Shown here: one piece after another, positions 29,993-40,346 of the stretch
How positions within the stretch are numbered: position 1 is the first letter of the stretch
Layout: the number at the start of each line of letters is the position of its first letter
Origin: an uncultured bacterium
Lineage (GTDB): Bacteria; Fermentibacterota; Fermentibacteria; Fermentibacterales; Fermentibacteraceae
DNA length: 64,000 nucleotides
Assembly: GCA_964603785.1 (NCBI GenBank)
Contig: CAZRWD010000009.1
Location: 18,082-82,081, forward strand
Direction: 5' to 3'
Program-made: the position numbers and the translations under genes
The notes under the pieces: model-generated
Told to the model about the DNA's origin: nothing
The model's input: only the letters and a program-made list of their open reading frames with translations
Databases searched by the model: none

Positions 29993-32241
29993 CTCGGGCC
30001 TCCCGTTCCGAGGATCCTGTCGAACTCGGTGAAGTCGGGAATGGTCGTGTCCGAGAGGAAGGGCGAGGAGGACGTGTGTATCGGGCAGGACGAGACGGGC
30101 GGCGTGCCGGCCCAGAACAGCTCGTCCACGGCCTTGTCGCCGCACTCCGCATTGGCGAGGAAGCCGGACTGCCTGCAGATGACCGCGTGCTCGACCGCGC
30201 TGGAGGGGATGGAGGGGAAACGCGGGGCCGAGGACGGATCGGCGTCGCGGAAGACCCGCCTCATGAACCTGCCCCAGATGGGGACGGCGATGTCGCCGCC
30301 GGCCTCACCACGGCCGCTCTGCAGCCTGATCCTGATCACATGGTTGTCGTACCCGACCCAGACCGAGGCCACCAGGTCGGGTGTGAACCCGATGAACCAG
30401 GCGTCGGCGTAGTCGCTGGTGGTGCCGGTCTTGCCACCGGCATCCCTTCCGGCGTACGCACCTCCCCAGTACCAGCGCGTCCCCGTCGCCGTACCGGCCC
30501 TGACAACGCTCTGCAGCAGGTTGTTCATGAGCCAGGCGCCCGTCTCGGACATCACGCGCGTGCCGGCCGCCACCTGCTCGTTCGACTCCAGCACGTTCCC
30601 GTACCTGTCCTCGACCCGCAGGATCCCGGTGGCGCGCCTGGCGATGCCGCCCGTGGCGAACGGTATGTAGGCCTGGGCCATCTCCAGGGGGCTCAGCATG
30701 CAGCTCCCCAGGGGCAGGGAGTTCACCACCGGGAGGTCGCTCTCGATGCCCATCGACCTGGCCCTGGCCGCGACGGCCTCGATGCCCACGGCCATCCCCA
30801 GCCTGACCGCCGCGACGTTGTACGACCTCGCGAGGGCTTCGCGGAGGGTGACCATGCCGTGGAAGCGGCCGTCGTAGTTCCTGGGCCTCCACTGGCCCGG
30901 GGAGAGGTCCACGACCACCGGCTGGTCGAGGATGACGTTGCCCGGAGACCAGCCCTGCTCTATCGCCTCGGCGTACACGAACGGCTTGAAGGAGCTTCCC
31001 GGCTGCCTCCTGGCCTGGACGGCCCGGTTGAACTCGCTGTCCTGGAAGTCCCTGCCGCCGACCATCGCCCTTATGTAGCCGGTCCTGGGATCGACCGCGA
31101 CGAGTGCGCACTGGATGTAGTCGGGGGCTCCCGATGCCGTGTCCCCGACCACCTGCCACCTGTCGTAGGAGCTCTCGTACCGGAGCCGTGTGAGGTCTCT
31201 GGCGAAGGTGTCGGTAACGGGATCCCAGACGGGCTCCACGAGGGCCATCACGCTGTCCACCGCCATCTCGGCGGCGGCCTGCATGTCCGGGTCTATGGTG
31301 GTCCAGACGACCAGCCCCTGCTCGTAGACCGCCGACCAGCCGTACCTCGCGACGAGGTACTGCCGTATGTACTCGGAGAAGTAGTCCCACTGCTCCTCGA
31401 GCTCCGGCCTGGAGATGCTCACGCCCAGAGGCGCGGCCGAAGCCTGCTCCATCTGGTCGCCCGTGATGAAGCCCTCCTCGCGCATCATCGCCAGGACGAC
31501 GTTCCTCCTGGCCATGCACCTCTCGGGATTGCGGAGGGGGCTGTACCCGGAGGGGTTCCGGGGCATGCCCACCAGGAGCGCGGCCTGGCTCAGGGTCAGG
31601 GCGGAGGATGAGGTGCCGTCGAAGTAGGTCTGGGCCGCCGCCTCGATCCCGTGGGCGCCCTGGCCGAAGTAGATCAGGTTGAGGTACATCTCCAGGATCT
31701 CCTCCTTGGAGAACTGCCTCTCGATCTCCATCGCGATGAACATCTCCTGGAGCTTCCTCTGCACGGTCTGGTCGGGCACGAGGAAGAGCCCCCTGGCGAG
31801 CTGCTGCGTTATCGTGCTCCCGCCGTGCCTCGCCCCGGTGGTGAGGTCGACCCAGACCGCCCTGAGGAGGCCCCTGACGCTCACTCCCGAGTGCTCGTAG
31901 AAGTTCTTGTCCTCGGTCGCTATGAATCCCATGGCCACCCAGGGGCTTATCCTGTCCATGGTGACGGGCTGCCTGTTCTCGACGAACGCGCAGGCCATCT
32001 CGTTGCCGTGGGAGTCGTAGATCCTCGTCGCGGCGGAGGGCTCCTGCCCCCTGAGGCCGGCCACGAGGATGTTCCCCCTGGCCTGCCTGAAGGCCACGCT
32101 GCAGTCGTTGTACACCCGAAGGAGGAAGCCCCCCCCGAAGAAGGCGCTCATCACCAGGGCGATGAGAAGCCAGCCCGCCACGGCCGCCGGCGTCGAAGTC
32201 CGCGCGGAGGCCCCTGCAGAGGTCCTATTCGGCGGAGCCAA
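29989..32241 (-). CDS. Class A penicillin-binding protein (PBP1A-type bifunctional transglycosylase/transpeptidase)
   Basis: GT51 motifs EDKNFYEHSGVS, GGSTITQQLAR and RKLQEMFIAMEIE. Transpeptidase motifs SSFKPF, SYN and KTGTT. Confidence 0.9.
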   Translation of the reverse strand: MAPPNRTSAGASARTSTPAAVAGWLLIALVMSAFFGGGFLLRVYNDCSVAFRQARGNILVAGLRGQEPSAATRIYDSHGNEMACAFVENRQPVTMDRISPWVAMGFIATEDKNFYEHSGVSVRGLLRAVWVDLTTGARHGGSTITQQLARGLFLVPDQTVQRKLQEMFIAMEIERQFSKEEILEMYLNLIYFGQGAHGIEAAAQTYFDGTSSSALTLSQAALLVGMPRNPSGYSPLRNPERCMARRNVVLAMMREEGFITGDQMEQASAAPLGVSISRPELEEQWDYFSEYIRQYLVARYGWSAVYEQGLVVWTTIDPDMQAAAEMAVDSVMALVEPVWDPVTDTFARDLTRLRYESSYDRWQVVGDTASGAPDYIQCALVAVDPRTGYIRAMVGGRDFQDSEFNRAVQARRQPGSSFKPFVYAEAIEQGWSPGNVILDQPVVVDLSPGQWRPRNYDGRFHGMVTLREALARSYNVAAVRLGMAVGIEAVAARARSMGIESDLPVVNSLPLGSCMLSPLEMAQAYIPFATGGIARRATGILRVEDRYGNVLESNEQVAAGTRVMSETGAWLMNNLLQSVVRAGTATGTRWYWGGAYAGRDAGGKTGTTSDYADAWFIGFTPDLVASVWVGYDNHVIRIRLQSGRGEAGGDIAVPIWGRFMRRVFRDADPSSAPRFPSIPSSAVEHAVICRQSGFLANAECGDKAVDELFWAGTPPVSSCPIHTSSSPFLSDTTIPDFTEFDRILGTGGPR

Positions 32242-33565
32242 GCCCGCTCCTCCCGAAGACCGGCACCCCGCCCTCGTACCTGAGGGTGTACTCGTAGATC
32301 CCCTCGCTTCCGACCAGGGTCACCTCCCTGGATGACGACCCCGCCACGGGCTGGGAAGAGAACTCGCAGTGGAGGTCGCTCTCGTACCCCTCGTATGTCC
32401 TCCAGACGAGCCTGTAGCCCGAAGGCCTGCCCTCGTACAGGAACAGGTTGCCGGCCCAGTAGACCACCCTCTCGGGGTCCTGGTCGCCGTTCATCTCGAC
32501 GCCCAGGGCGCGCCAGACCGTTATTCCGATGTCGTTCTCGAAGCGCTGCTCGGTCAGGTGCGGGTCAAGGCTGATGACCATCTCCTCGAGCGGTTCGTCG
32601 ACTCCGGTGGTCAGGAGGGCCGGCCAGGTCGTGCCGAGACTGTCCAGCTCCTCCACCAGGTCGCTCACGGCGAGGAAGCTGCTCCTGAGGACGGCCAGCC
32701 TGGCCAGGTCCAGCGTCGAGTCGGGCACAGGAGCCCACTCGCCGGTCGACCGGAGGACCTGCATCGCCTCGTGCCTGTTGCGAAGGACGGCCTTGGAGAG
32801 GTATGCGAGCTCCCTCCAGGAGGCGACGAAGCCGTTCAGCTCCACGGGGACGTTGGTCAGGTTGTAGGTGGCCCGGTCCTGGACGATCTGCAGCTTCGCC
32901 GAGCGCCTGATGTTGGAGAACGCCAGGCGGGCGTAGTCCTGCGGCTCGAGTGACGCGACGTAGTCCTCGAACGCCACCCCGGACGCCAGGGCGGCGTCGA
33001 GGGACGCACAGGCCTGGACGGAGTCGATCCGGCAGTCGTCGAGGAGCTGCCTGGCGAACCTCATCTCGAAGCGCATCTGCGGGTTCGCCGTTATCATGCG
33101 GGCGATCCGCTCCACGTTCAGCGAGTCCATCACCTCGTCGGGGATCTCCTCGCCGAAGGCCTCGATGAGCCATCCGTCCGCGCAGAGGAGGAAGTCGATG
33201 CGGACTATCGCCGGGTCGTCCATCCTGCGGATGCTGCAGTAGTAGGACGTCCTCGAGCCGGTGCTGTCGGTAAGCACCTCGGTGAGCCTGCCCGAGGGGT
33301 CGAAGCCCCTCCAGCGGCCGAAGATGTCCCATGGCTGGACGTCGAGGGCGGCCAGGGAGTCGCGCGTCCGGGGCACGATCAGGTCGAGGCATTCCGGATC
33401 GTTCAGGGCGAGGAGGTTCGAGAACTCCAGGGCGACCTCCAGCGGTGACGCGGGCATGGCGACCACCTGCGTCGTGTCGGGCCCGGACGACACGCCGTCC
33501 CCGCCCCCGCAGCCCGGGAGGGCGGGGAGCAGAGCCGCGAGGAGCGCGGGAAGGAGATGCTTCAT
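32225..33565 (-). CDS. Lipoprotein, function unknown
   Basis: Internal ATG giving MKHLLPALLAALLPALPGC (lipobox) at aa 160 of the table ORF. Immediately follows the GspE/PilB stop. The upstream 159 aa are Arg-rich frame noise. Confidence 0.55.
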   Translation of the reverse strand: MKHLLPALLAALLPALPGCGGGDGVSSGPDTTQVVAMPASPLEVALEFSNLLALNDPECLDLIVPRTRDSLAALDVQPWDIFGRWRGFDPSGRLTEVLTDSTGSRTSYYCSIRRMDDPAIVRIDFLLCADGWLIEAFGEEIPDEVMDSLNVERIARMITANPQMRFEMRFARQLLDDCRIDSVQACASLDAALASGVAFEDYVASLEPQDYARLAFSNIRRSAKLQIVQDRATYNLTNVPVELNGFVASWRELAYLSKAVLRNRHEAMQVLRSTGEWAPVPDSTLDLARLAVLRSSFLAVSDLVEELDSLGTTWPALLTTGVDEPLEEMVISLDPHLTEQRFENDIGITVWRALGVEMNGDQDPERVVYWAGNLFLYEGRPSGYRLVWRTYEGYESDLHCEFSSQPVAGSSSREVTLVGSEGIYEYTLRYEGGVPVFGRSGLGSAE

Positions 33566-35262
33566 TCCAGTCCCATCGTTACGGCCATCATCTCGTTGGG
33601 GGTCGTCACGCCGTCGTAGACCTTCATCGCGGTGCCGGACCGCAGGGTCCTCATGCCGTCCTCGACCGCCAGCCTCCTGAGCTCGTCTATCGTCGCCGAG
33701 CGGGCCAGGGCGGAGCGGAACCTCTCGGTCACCTCCAGCACCTCGAAGACCGCGGTGCGTCCCTTGTATCCGGTCCCCCGGCAGGCCCTGCAGCCCCTCC
33801 CCCGCCTGAAGCGGGCGTTCTCCCGGCCCGTGAGCCCGGAGGCCTGCAGCACGGAGGCGGGAGGCTCCCATTCCTCGGCGCACTCCTCGCAGACCTTCCT
33901 GACGAGCCTCTGCGCGACTATCCCGACGAGCGTGCTGCACAGGAGGAAGGGCTCCACCCCCATGTCGAGCATCCGGATCGCGGTGGAGGCGGTGTCGTTG
34001 GTGTGCAGGGTGCTGAGGACGAGGTGCCCGGTCAGCGCGCACCTGATGGCGCTCTTCGCGGTCTCCTGGTCCCTCACCTCGCCTACCATGATGATGTCGG
34101 GGTCCTGCCTCAGGATGTGCCTGAGGGCGTTCGAGAAGGTGACATCTATGGCCGGCTGCACGGCGATCTGGTTGAACTCGTCGGTGACGAACTCGATAGG
34201 GTCCTCTATCGTGGTGATGTTCTTCTCGGCCGTGGCGAGCGTGGTCAGGGTGGAGTAGAGCGTCGTGGTCTTGCCGGACCCGGTCGGCCCCGTCACGAGG
34301 ATGAGCCCCATGGTGTGGCGCACCAGCCGCTGGTACCTCTCGCGCTCGTCCTCCTCGAACCCCAGGCTGGAGAGGTCCTGCATCAGTATGCCGGGGTCGA
34401 GGATCCTCAGGACGGACTTCTCCCCGAACGCCACCGGGATCGTGGACACCCTGATCTCCACGGGCTTGCCCTCGAAGTGGGTCCTTATCCTGCCGTCCTG
34501 GGGCCTGCGCTTTTCCGCTATGTTCATGCCCGATATCATCTTGACTCGCGAGAGTATGGGGAGGTGCAGCTTCTTCGGGATGCTGTAGACGTTGTGCAGC
34601 ACCCCGTCGATCCTCAGCCTGACGACCGTGCCCTCCCTGTGGGGCTCGAGGTGTATGTCGCTTGCCCTCTCCTCGAAGGCATACTGCAGCAGGTGGTTGA
34701 CCGCGTTGACGACCGGCCTGTCGGTCGGTTCCAGATTGCCCGAGGTCTCGCTCGAGACGTACCTCTCGAGGTTCCCCAGGTCCACATCGTCCTCGCCGAC
34801 GGCCCCCACCTCCTTCGCCGCGGCGACGATCGAGCTGTGCAGGCCGTAGAACTGCCGTATCACCTTCGCAATGTCGGACGGCCTGCTTATGAAGAGGTCG
34901 ATCTCCCTGCCCAGGAGGTGGGGCAGGTCCTCCAGGGGGCGGGGGTCGACGAGGTTGCAGGTGGCCACCATCAGACGGTCTCCGGAGTTCCCGACCACCA
35001 CGACGTGGTTCCTCTGCGCGAAGGCGCCGGGCAGGGAGGATGTGACCAGCTCGTAGTCGAGCTCCAGCGGATCGAGATTGCGGAACGGGACGCCTATCAT
35101 GCCGGCGAGGAAGGTGTACAGGTCCTCCTCGGTGATCAGCCCCCTGCCCACGAGCACGTTCAGGAGGCCGGGGTCGGAGCCCTTCCAGAGGCGCGAGAGC
35201 CTCTCGAGCCCCTGCCTGCTCAGCAGGCCGGCTTCCGCGAGCTTCGCGGGGAGCGAGGCCAT
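33562..35262 (-). CDS. GspE/PilB-family secretion ATPase (type II secretion / type IV pilus assembly)
   Basis: GTPTGSGKTTTLYS Walker A, the His box and tetracysteine motif CEEC...CRACRGTGYKGR, and an N-terminal GSPII-type domain. Start MASLPAKLAEAGLL at aa 97 of the table ORF. Confidence 0.85.
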   Translation of the reverse strand: MASLPAKLAEAGLLSRQGLERLSRLWKGSDPGLLNVLVGRGLITEEDLYTFLAGMIGVPFRNLDPLELDYELVTSSLPGAFAQRNHVVVVGNSGDRLMVATCNLVDPRPLEDLPHLLGREIDLFISRPSDIAKVIRQFYGLHSSIVAAAKEVGAVGEDDVDLGNLERYVSSETSGNLEPTDRPVVNAVNHLLQYAFEERASDIHLEPHREGTVVRLRIDGVLHNVYSIPKKLHLPILSRVKMISGMNIAEKRRPQDGRIRTHFEGKPVEIRVSTIPVAFGEKSVLRILDPGILMQDLSSLGFEEDERERYQRLVRHTMGLILVTGPTGSGKTTTLYSTLTTLATAEKNITTIEDPIEFVTDEFNQIAVQPAIDVTFSNALRHILRQDPDIIMVGEVRDQETAKSAIRCALTGHLVLSTLHTNDTASTAIRMLDMGVEPFLLCSTLVGIVAQRLVRKVCEECAEEWEPPASVLQASGLTGRENARFRRGRGCRACRGTGYKGRTAVFEVLEVTERFRSALARSATIDELRRLAVEDGMRTLRSGTAMKVYDGVTTPNEMMAVTMGLE

Positions 35263-35282
35263 GTCTATCCTGGGTATGGCTC

Positions 35283-36569
35283 TCACATGACCTCCAGGAT
35301 CAGCGGCCGGTTGGGCGCGTCCCAGATGAAGCCGCCCTCCAGGGTCCCCGCGGCCTCCTCCGCCTCCGCGGCGCTCCGCGCGTGGACCCATCCCACTATC
35401 TGCCCGTCCTCGACCTGGAACCCGGAGTCGGCGGCCTGCTCCCAGCCCACGTCGTGCATCACCTCGTCGTCCATCCTGTAGCGGCCGGCTCCGAGAGCCC
35501 TGACCGCCTCGCCCGCCACACGGGCGTCGACCCCGGTCCAGTACCCGCACCTGTCGCTGCGGACCTCGCGCACCACCGGAGCCGGCCGTCTGCTCCTGAA
35601 GGCCTCCAGGTCACCGCCCTGCGCCCCGACCATCGAGGCGAACCTCTCCATGGCCGCCCCGGACGAGAGAAGGGCGGCGCACTCCGCCCTCGCCGCGGCG
35701 ATGCCGCCGGTCGAACCCCGCGCGATGGAGACCATCATCGCTGTCAGCTCGACCGAGAGGTCGCGGACCGCGCCTCCCGAACGGCCCTCGAGGATGTCCA
35801 GCGCCTCGGCGGTCTCGAGCGCGTTGCCCGCGGTCCGGCCGAGGACGGTGTCCATGTCGGTGACGGCAGCCCCCACCTCGAGGCCGCACCGCCTGCCCAC
35901 CTCGGCCAGGGTCGCGGCCAGGCCGGAAGCCTCGGAGGTGGAGGTCATGAAGGCCCCGCGGCCGGCCTTCACGTCCAGCACCAGGGTGCCTATGCCCTCC
36001 GCGAGCTTCTTGCCCAGTATGCTCGCGCAGATGAGCGGCACCGACTCGACCGTGGCTGTTGCGTCCCTCAGCGCATAGAGGATCCTGTCGGCCGGGGCGA
36101 GGGCGGCGGTCTGCCCTCCCATCGCCAGACCCGTCTCCGCTACCAGCCTCTCGAACTCGGCCGGCTCCAGGGAGGTCCTCATGCCCGGGATGGCCTCGAG
36201 CTTGTCGAGGGTGCCTCCCGTGTGACCCAGGCTCCTGCCGCTCAGCATGGGCACCCTCAGACCGGCCGCCGCGGCCAGCGGGGCCACGATGAGCGAGACC
36301 TTGTCGCCCACCCCGCCGGTGCTGTGCTTGTCCGCAACCGGCCCGCCGGGCCCGGGCCAGGCCATGACGGTGCCGCTGTCGCGGATGGCCAGCGTTAGCT
36401 CGACGGTCTCCTCCCGGTCGAGCCCCCTGATGAAGCAGGCCATGAGGAGGGCCGCCGCCTGGTACTCGGTCACGGAGCCCGACACGAGCCCGGCGACGAA
36501 CTCCGCCAGAGCGCCCGGGGGCAGCCTGCGACCGTCCCTCTTCAGGGCTATCAGCCCGGACGGCTTCAA
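35283..36569 (-). CDS. Thymidine/pyrimidine-nucleoside phosphorylase
   Basis: KHSTGGVGDKVSL, GRSLGHTGGTLDKLE and SKKLAEG-like motifs. TTG start overlaps the upstream TGA (TTGA), giving MKPSGLIALKRDGRRL, which aligns to the family N-terminus. Length ~428 aa. Confidence 0.85.
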   Translation of the reverse strand: MKPSGLIALKRDGRRLPPGALAEFVAGLVSGSVTEYQAAALLMACFIRGLDREETVELTLAIRDSGTVMAWPGPGGPVADKHSTGGVGDKVSLIVAPLAAAAGLRVPMLSGRSLGHTGGTLDKLEAIPGMRTSLEPAEFERLVAETGLAMGGQTAALAPADRILYALRDATATVESVPLICASILGKKLAEGIGTLVLDVKAGRGAFMTSTSEASGLAATLAEVGRRCGLEVGAAVTDMDTVLGRTAGNALETAEALDILEGRSGGAVRDLSVELTAMMVSIARGSTGGIAAARAECAALLSSGAAMERFASMVGAQGGDLEAFRSRRPAPVVREVRSDRCGYWTGVDARVAGEAVRALGAGRYRMDDEVMHDVGWEQAADSGFQVEDGQIVGWVHARSAAEAEEAAGTLEGGFIWDAPNRPLILEVM

Positions 36570-37636
36570 CTGATACCCAGCCGCTCCAGAATCCTGAGGT
36601 CCAGGTCGAGGGGGTCGATAAGCAGGAAGACCACGGCCAGGGCCAGGACCGTGAGGACCCAGAAGAGCCATCCGGGCAGGCCCCTGCGCCTTCCCCGGAG
36701 CAGCTCGAGGGCCCGTCCGACGCTGCATCTGCCGTCGGGCAGGCCGGGATGAACCACGTCGTCGAAAGAGTTGATCCTCCTCCTGCGGAGCAGGCGGGCT
36801 ATCTCGCGGGCATCGCCGGCCGTCACGACTCCCCTGGATGTGACGATCCTGTACTGCTCCGTCCCGTCCCCGCCGCCGGACGCCTGGAGAGCGGCCCCAT
36901 CGGCAGGCACGGTAACGGCTGCCGGCCCGCCTGCCGCCTTGCCGTCGGCCGGGACGCCTTCCGCCGCCGCCTCGAGCATGGCCTCGGCCTCTTCCTCGTC
37001 GGGCTCGTCGGAGACCGTCTCCCCCCATGCCCCGCGCGGCCAGGCCTCGGGCTCGAATGCGCCGCATTCCGATATGGGCTCCCAGGGTCCTCCCGAGAGC
37101 GAGATCTCCGCGTCCACGGCGACCCGCGACTCGGCTATCCACCGCTTGATGGTCTCGATGTCGCCCGGATGGTATTCGACACCGTCGATCCGCAGCCGCG
37201 GAGGCGATCCGGGGCCCTGGACCAGAGGCGGCCTGAGGAAGGGCGCCAGCCTCGGCAGCCCCTGGGCGAGCACGCCCCCGGGAGGCGTTCTCGGCCCCTC
37301 TATGACCGCATCGCTCGTGACGCGGCCCTCCCGCGTCCACAGCACTATGGCCTCGAAATCGGGGGCGATGTAGGAACGATCCCCCATCTTGACGGTCCAC
37401 CAGTTCGAGGGGTCGAGAAGCCTGGCGATCTCGGGCATCTCTCCCGCCGGCTTCCAGTCGGCCCCGCCGACGGGTCTCACACCATCCTCCGCGGAGATGC
37501 GTCTCTCGCGCGCCCAGCGCTCCAGGACATCCATGGAGGCTGCCCTGTAGACCTTATCCCCACGCCTGAGCTCGAAGGCGCCGCTTTCCGCCATCTCACC
37601 CTCCCAGCGTTCCATGGCTTTCGCAACGGTCAACAT
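36566..37636 (-). CDS. Hypothetical protein with three GYF-like/DUF4339-like repeats and C-terminal TM helix
   Basis: Repeats YRAASMDVLERWARERRISAEDGVRPVGGADW, EYHPGDIETIKRWIAESRVAVDAEISLSGGPWEPI and QYRIVTSRGVVTAGDAREIARLLRRRRINSFDDVVHPGL. TM helix WLFWVLTVLALAVVFLLI. Confidence 0.5.
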   Translation of the reverse strand: MLTVAKAMERWEGEMAESGAFELRRGDKVYRAASMDVLERWARERRISAEDGVRPVGGADWKPAGEMPEIARLLDPSNWWTVKMGDRSYIAPDFEAIVLWTREGRVTSDAVIEGPRTPPGGVLAQGLPRLAPFLRPPLVQGPGSPPRLRIDGVEYHPGDIETIKRWIAESRVAVDAEISLSGGPWEPISECGAFEPEAWPRGAWGETVSDEPDEEEAEAMLEAAAEGVPADGKAAGGPAAVTVPADGAALQASGGGDGTEQYRIVTSRGVVTAGDAREIARLLRRRRINSFDDVVHPGLPDGRCSVGRALELLRGRRRGLPGWLFWVLTVLALAVVFLLIDPLDLDLRILERLGIS

Positions 37637-37675
37637 AACAGGAGTGACCGCCCGGTGCGAGAGCAGGCTCCCGGG

Positions 37676-39652
37676 TCACCTGAACCGCACCCGGGCGCCC
37701 ATCGCCCCTTCCGCCTCCGCCTGACCGATCCCCCCCCTGTTCCGGGCGTAGAGGATCAGCCTGTCCAGATAGTCCTCCCACCAGCCCGGCACCTCCCCGC
37801 GCTCGAAGAACCTGTGATAGATCCTCGGCCCCGGCAGTATCGAGACCAGGAAGGCCGTCTCGCGGATGCCCATCCCGGAGGCGCCCACGCCGAAGTAGTA
37901 CCTGGCCCCCTGGTCGAATCCGAAGACCCCCGGACCCAGCTCGACGATGTTCGCGTAGATCTCGAGGATCCTGTCCTTCGACAGGGCGCTCTCCAGCCTC
38001 CAGGTCAGGAAGACCTCCTGCAGCTTCCTTGCCAGGGTGCGCTCCCTGGACAGGAACAGGTTGCGCGCGAGCTGCATCGTTATCGTCGACCCCCCACGCA
38101 CGAACCTCCCGGCCCTGAGGTCGTCCACCAGGGATCCCCTGATGTGGTCGAGGCTGAACCCGTGATGCCTCCTGAACGATCCGTCCTCGGCGCAGCAGAG
38201 GATGGGCTCGAACCAGGGCGGCATCTCCGACAGCCGGACGAAGGAGTCGTTGAGCGCCGGGTCCAGTTCGATCCACCGGCTTCCTCCCCAGCTGTCGCGC
38301 ATCCGGACTCCGCCTCCGTATGCGTACCGGCCGACGGCGACGGGGGAGTAGCCCACCCCGAGGCCCGAAACGTCGATGTCGACCGAGACGTCCGAGCTCT
38401 CCGGGACGTCGGCGTCGGCATGGAGGAGGATCTCGAACGACATCTCCCCCGTGAGGGACAGCCCCTCGAGCGGGCCCAGGAGAGCCGAGGGAACGGACGC
38501 GGCGAGGTCCTCCCCCCTGATCCGGGTGCTCCACACCCTCAGGTCGACCACGCGCGACGCACCCGGCAGGTCGACCGAGAAGAACAGGGGGAGCCTGCCC
38601 AGGAGCAGCAGGCCCTCCTCGACGGTCACGCCGCGGGGTCCGGCCGTCCCCCGCATCCCGAGGGAGCAGGACGGCACGAAGACGGTGTCGGAGGCGATCC
38701 GCGCCGAGGAGAGCACTGTGCTGTCCAGCCTCGCGGAGACCTCGAACAGGCAGCTGTCCCCGCCGTCGTAGGTCACCCTCACCGTGCCCGACGGCCTGGA
38801 GGATACGCATGCCCCGGGATCGAGGAGCCTCACTGCGGCCTCCACGGTGCCCCCCGTCCCGGAGACGTCCGTCTCGAGGACGACACTCCCCGAGGACCGC
38901 CCGGCGCGCAGCGAGAAGGGCAGGACGGCCCCGCCGCCGTCGAGTCCCGCGACTCTGCCGGAGAGTGTCAGGGAGTCCCCGGCCAGCCTCCCCTCGACCG
39001 ATCCGGAGAGCAGGAGCCCCCTGAACGAGCAGGAAGGTCCCGTGAGCCCGTCCGGGATGCTCGAGCAGCGTATGAACTCGGCGCTGAGGGAGTCGCCCCC
39101 GGGAAGGCCCTCGATGCGGATGACGGCAGATCCCCAGCGGCCCGAAGCCGTTCCGGAGAGCATCCTGTCGCTTCCCGAGGAGCAGGCCGTGCCGCTGAAG
39201 AACGTGGTGTCCGAGCCGTGCACGACGAGCGCCCGTCCGATCCTGGTGGGGGGCAGGTCATGCCCGCCGCTGCCGCCTCCGCGGCCGCCCTCCCGGCCCG
39301 GGAACGCCTCGAGCGTGCAGGCGGGGACGAGCAGGCTGTCGATCACGGGGCGGAGGCCCTCGATGTGCCACCATGCGTAGACCTCCCCCGCATGGAAGCC
39401 CCTCGACGGGAGCATGACGTCCGAGATCAGCAGGATTCCCGGCGCCACGACCGCAGCCCCGGCGGAGGCGGCGGGGTCTATTCGGCGGAGAGCCCGCCTG
39501 GTGAGGGATGCCGGCGCCTCCCGCAGCAGGAGGAAGATGAGCACGGGCAGGAGGACCGCCAGGGCGGGACGGACCGCCCGAGCCCACGGAAGGCCGTCCC
39601 GGGGCCGCCCGGCCCTACTGCCGGGCCCGGGCGATCTCGTCGAGTATCGCAA
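37676..39652 (-). CDS. Membrane-anchored protein with large N-terminal domain and C-terminal monofunctional peptidoglycan glycosyltransferase (GT51) domain
   Basis: C-terminal RHHGFSLDHIRGSLVDDLRAGRFVRGGSTITMQLARNLFLSRERTLARKLQEVFLTWRLE is a GT51 transglycosylase signature. N-terminal Arg-rich tail plus TM LAVLLPVLIFLLL. Start (TTG 39652, 38 nt overlap with pyrF) is uncertain. Confidence 0.72.
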   Translation of the reverse strand: MRYSTRSPGPGSRAGRPRDGLPWARAVRPALAVLLPVLIFLLLREAPASLTRRALRRIDPAASAGAAVVAPGILLISDVMLPSRGFHAGEVYAWWHIEGLRPVIDSLLVPACTLEAFPGREGGRGGGSGGHDLPPTRIGRALVVHGSDTTFFSGTACSSGSDRMLSGTASGRWGSAVIRIEGLPGGDSLSAEFIRCSSIPDGLTGPSCSFRGLLLSGSVEGRLAGDSLTLSGRVAGLDGGGAVLPFSLRAGRSSGSVVLETDVSGTGGTVEAAVRLLDPGACVSSRPSGTVRVTYDGGDSCLFEVSARLDSTVLSSARIASDTVFVPSCSLGMRGTAGPRGVTVEEGLLLLGRLPLFFSVDLPGASRVVDLRVWSTRIRGEDLAASVPSALLGPLEGLSLTGEMSFEILLHADADVPESSDVSVDIDVSGLGVGYSPVAVGRYAYGGGVRMRDSWGGSRWIELDPALNDSFVRLSEMPPWFEPILCCAEDGSFRRHHGFSLDHIRGSLVDDLRAGRFVRGGSTITMQLARNLFLSRERTLARKLQEVFLTWRLESALSKDRILEIYANIVELGPGVFGFDQGARYYFGVGASGMGIRETAFLVSILPGPRIYHRFFERGEVPGWWEDYLDRLILYARNRGGIGQAEAEGAMGARVRFR

Positions 39653-40346
39653 TTGCGGCGGAGCGGGGGTCGGGCGAGGCCGTGACCGGCCTTCCTACGA
39701 CGAGCGCATCTGCGCCTGCCCTCACGGCGTCGGCGGGGGTGGAGAACCTCTGCTGGTCGCCGGGAGCCGAGCCGGCCGGCCTGATGCCTGGCGTGACCAC
39801 CATGAAGCCGGGGCCGCGGGACTTCCTGACCCCGGCGGCCTCGAGGGGCGAGCAGACCACGCCGTCGAGGCCGGATTCCCCGGCGAGGGCTGCCATCCGG
39901 AGGGCCAGCCCGGACGGATCTCCCCCGTAGCCTATCTCGCCCAGGTCGTCGGAGGAGAGGCTCGTCAGGACGGTTACGGCTATCACGCGGACCCCGGTGC
40001 CGGAAGCCGCCTCGGCGGCCGCCCTCATCATGGCCCTGCCGCCGGAGGCATGCACGTTCAGGATGGAGGGGCCCAGGGTGCACGCGGCACGGACCGCGCC
40101 GGCGACCGTGTGGGGGATGTCGTGGAACTTGAGATCGAGGAAGACCGGGAAGCCCATTCCGGAGAGCCTCCGGACCAGGTCGGGGCCCTCCGCCGCGAAG
40201 AGCTCCAGCCCGATCTTGATGCCCACGCCCAGGCCCGAGAGCGGGCGTGCCAGATCCTCCGGCGTCCTGCCCATGTCGCTGGTCATCGCGATGTAGAGAG
40301 GGGCATCGCCCGTCCCCGGCGTACCGCTGCCACGGCTGTCGATCAC
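39615..40346 (-). CDS. pyrF: Orotidine-5'-phosphate decarboxylase
   Basis: [12 protein letters not shown]..., [24 protein letters not shown] start overlaps the rlpA TGA (GTGA) with SD GGAGGG upstream. 243 aa. Confidence 0.85.
   Translation of the reverse strand: MIDSRGSGTPGTGDAPLYIAMTSDMGRTPEDLARPLSGLGVGIKIGLELFAAEGPDLVRRLSGMGFPVFLDLKFHDIPHTVAGAVRAACTLGPSILNVHASGGRAMMRAAAEAASGTGVRVIAVTVLTSLSSDDLGEIGYGGDPSGLALRMAALAGESGLDGVVCSPLEAAGVRKSRGPGFMVVTPGIRPAGSAPGDQQRFSTPADAVRAGADALVVGRPVTASPDPRSAAIAILDEIARARQ

Noticed and set aside
36749-39685. 978-aa plus-strand ORF
   Set aside because: It is antisense to the DUF4339-like and transglycosylase genes, and its translation is Arg/Gly/Pro low complexity.
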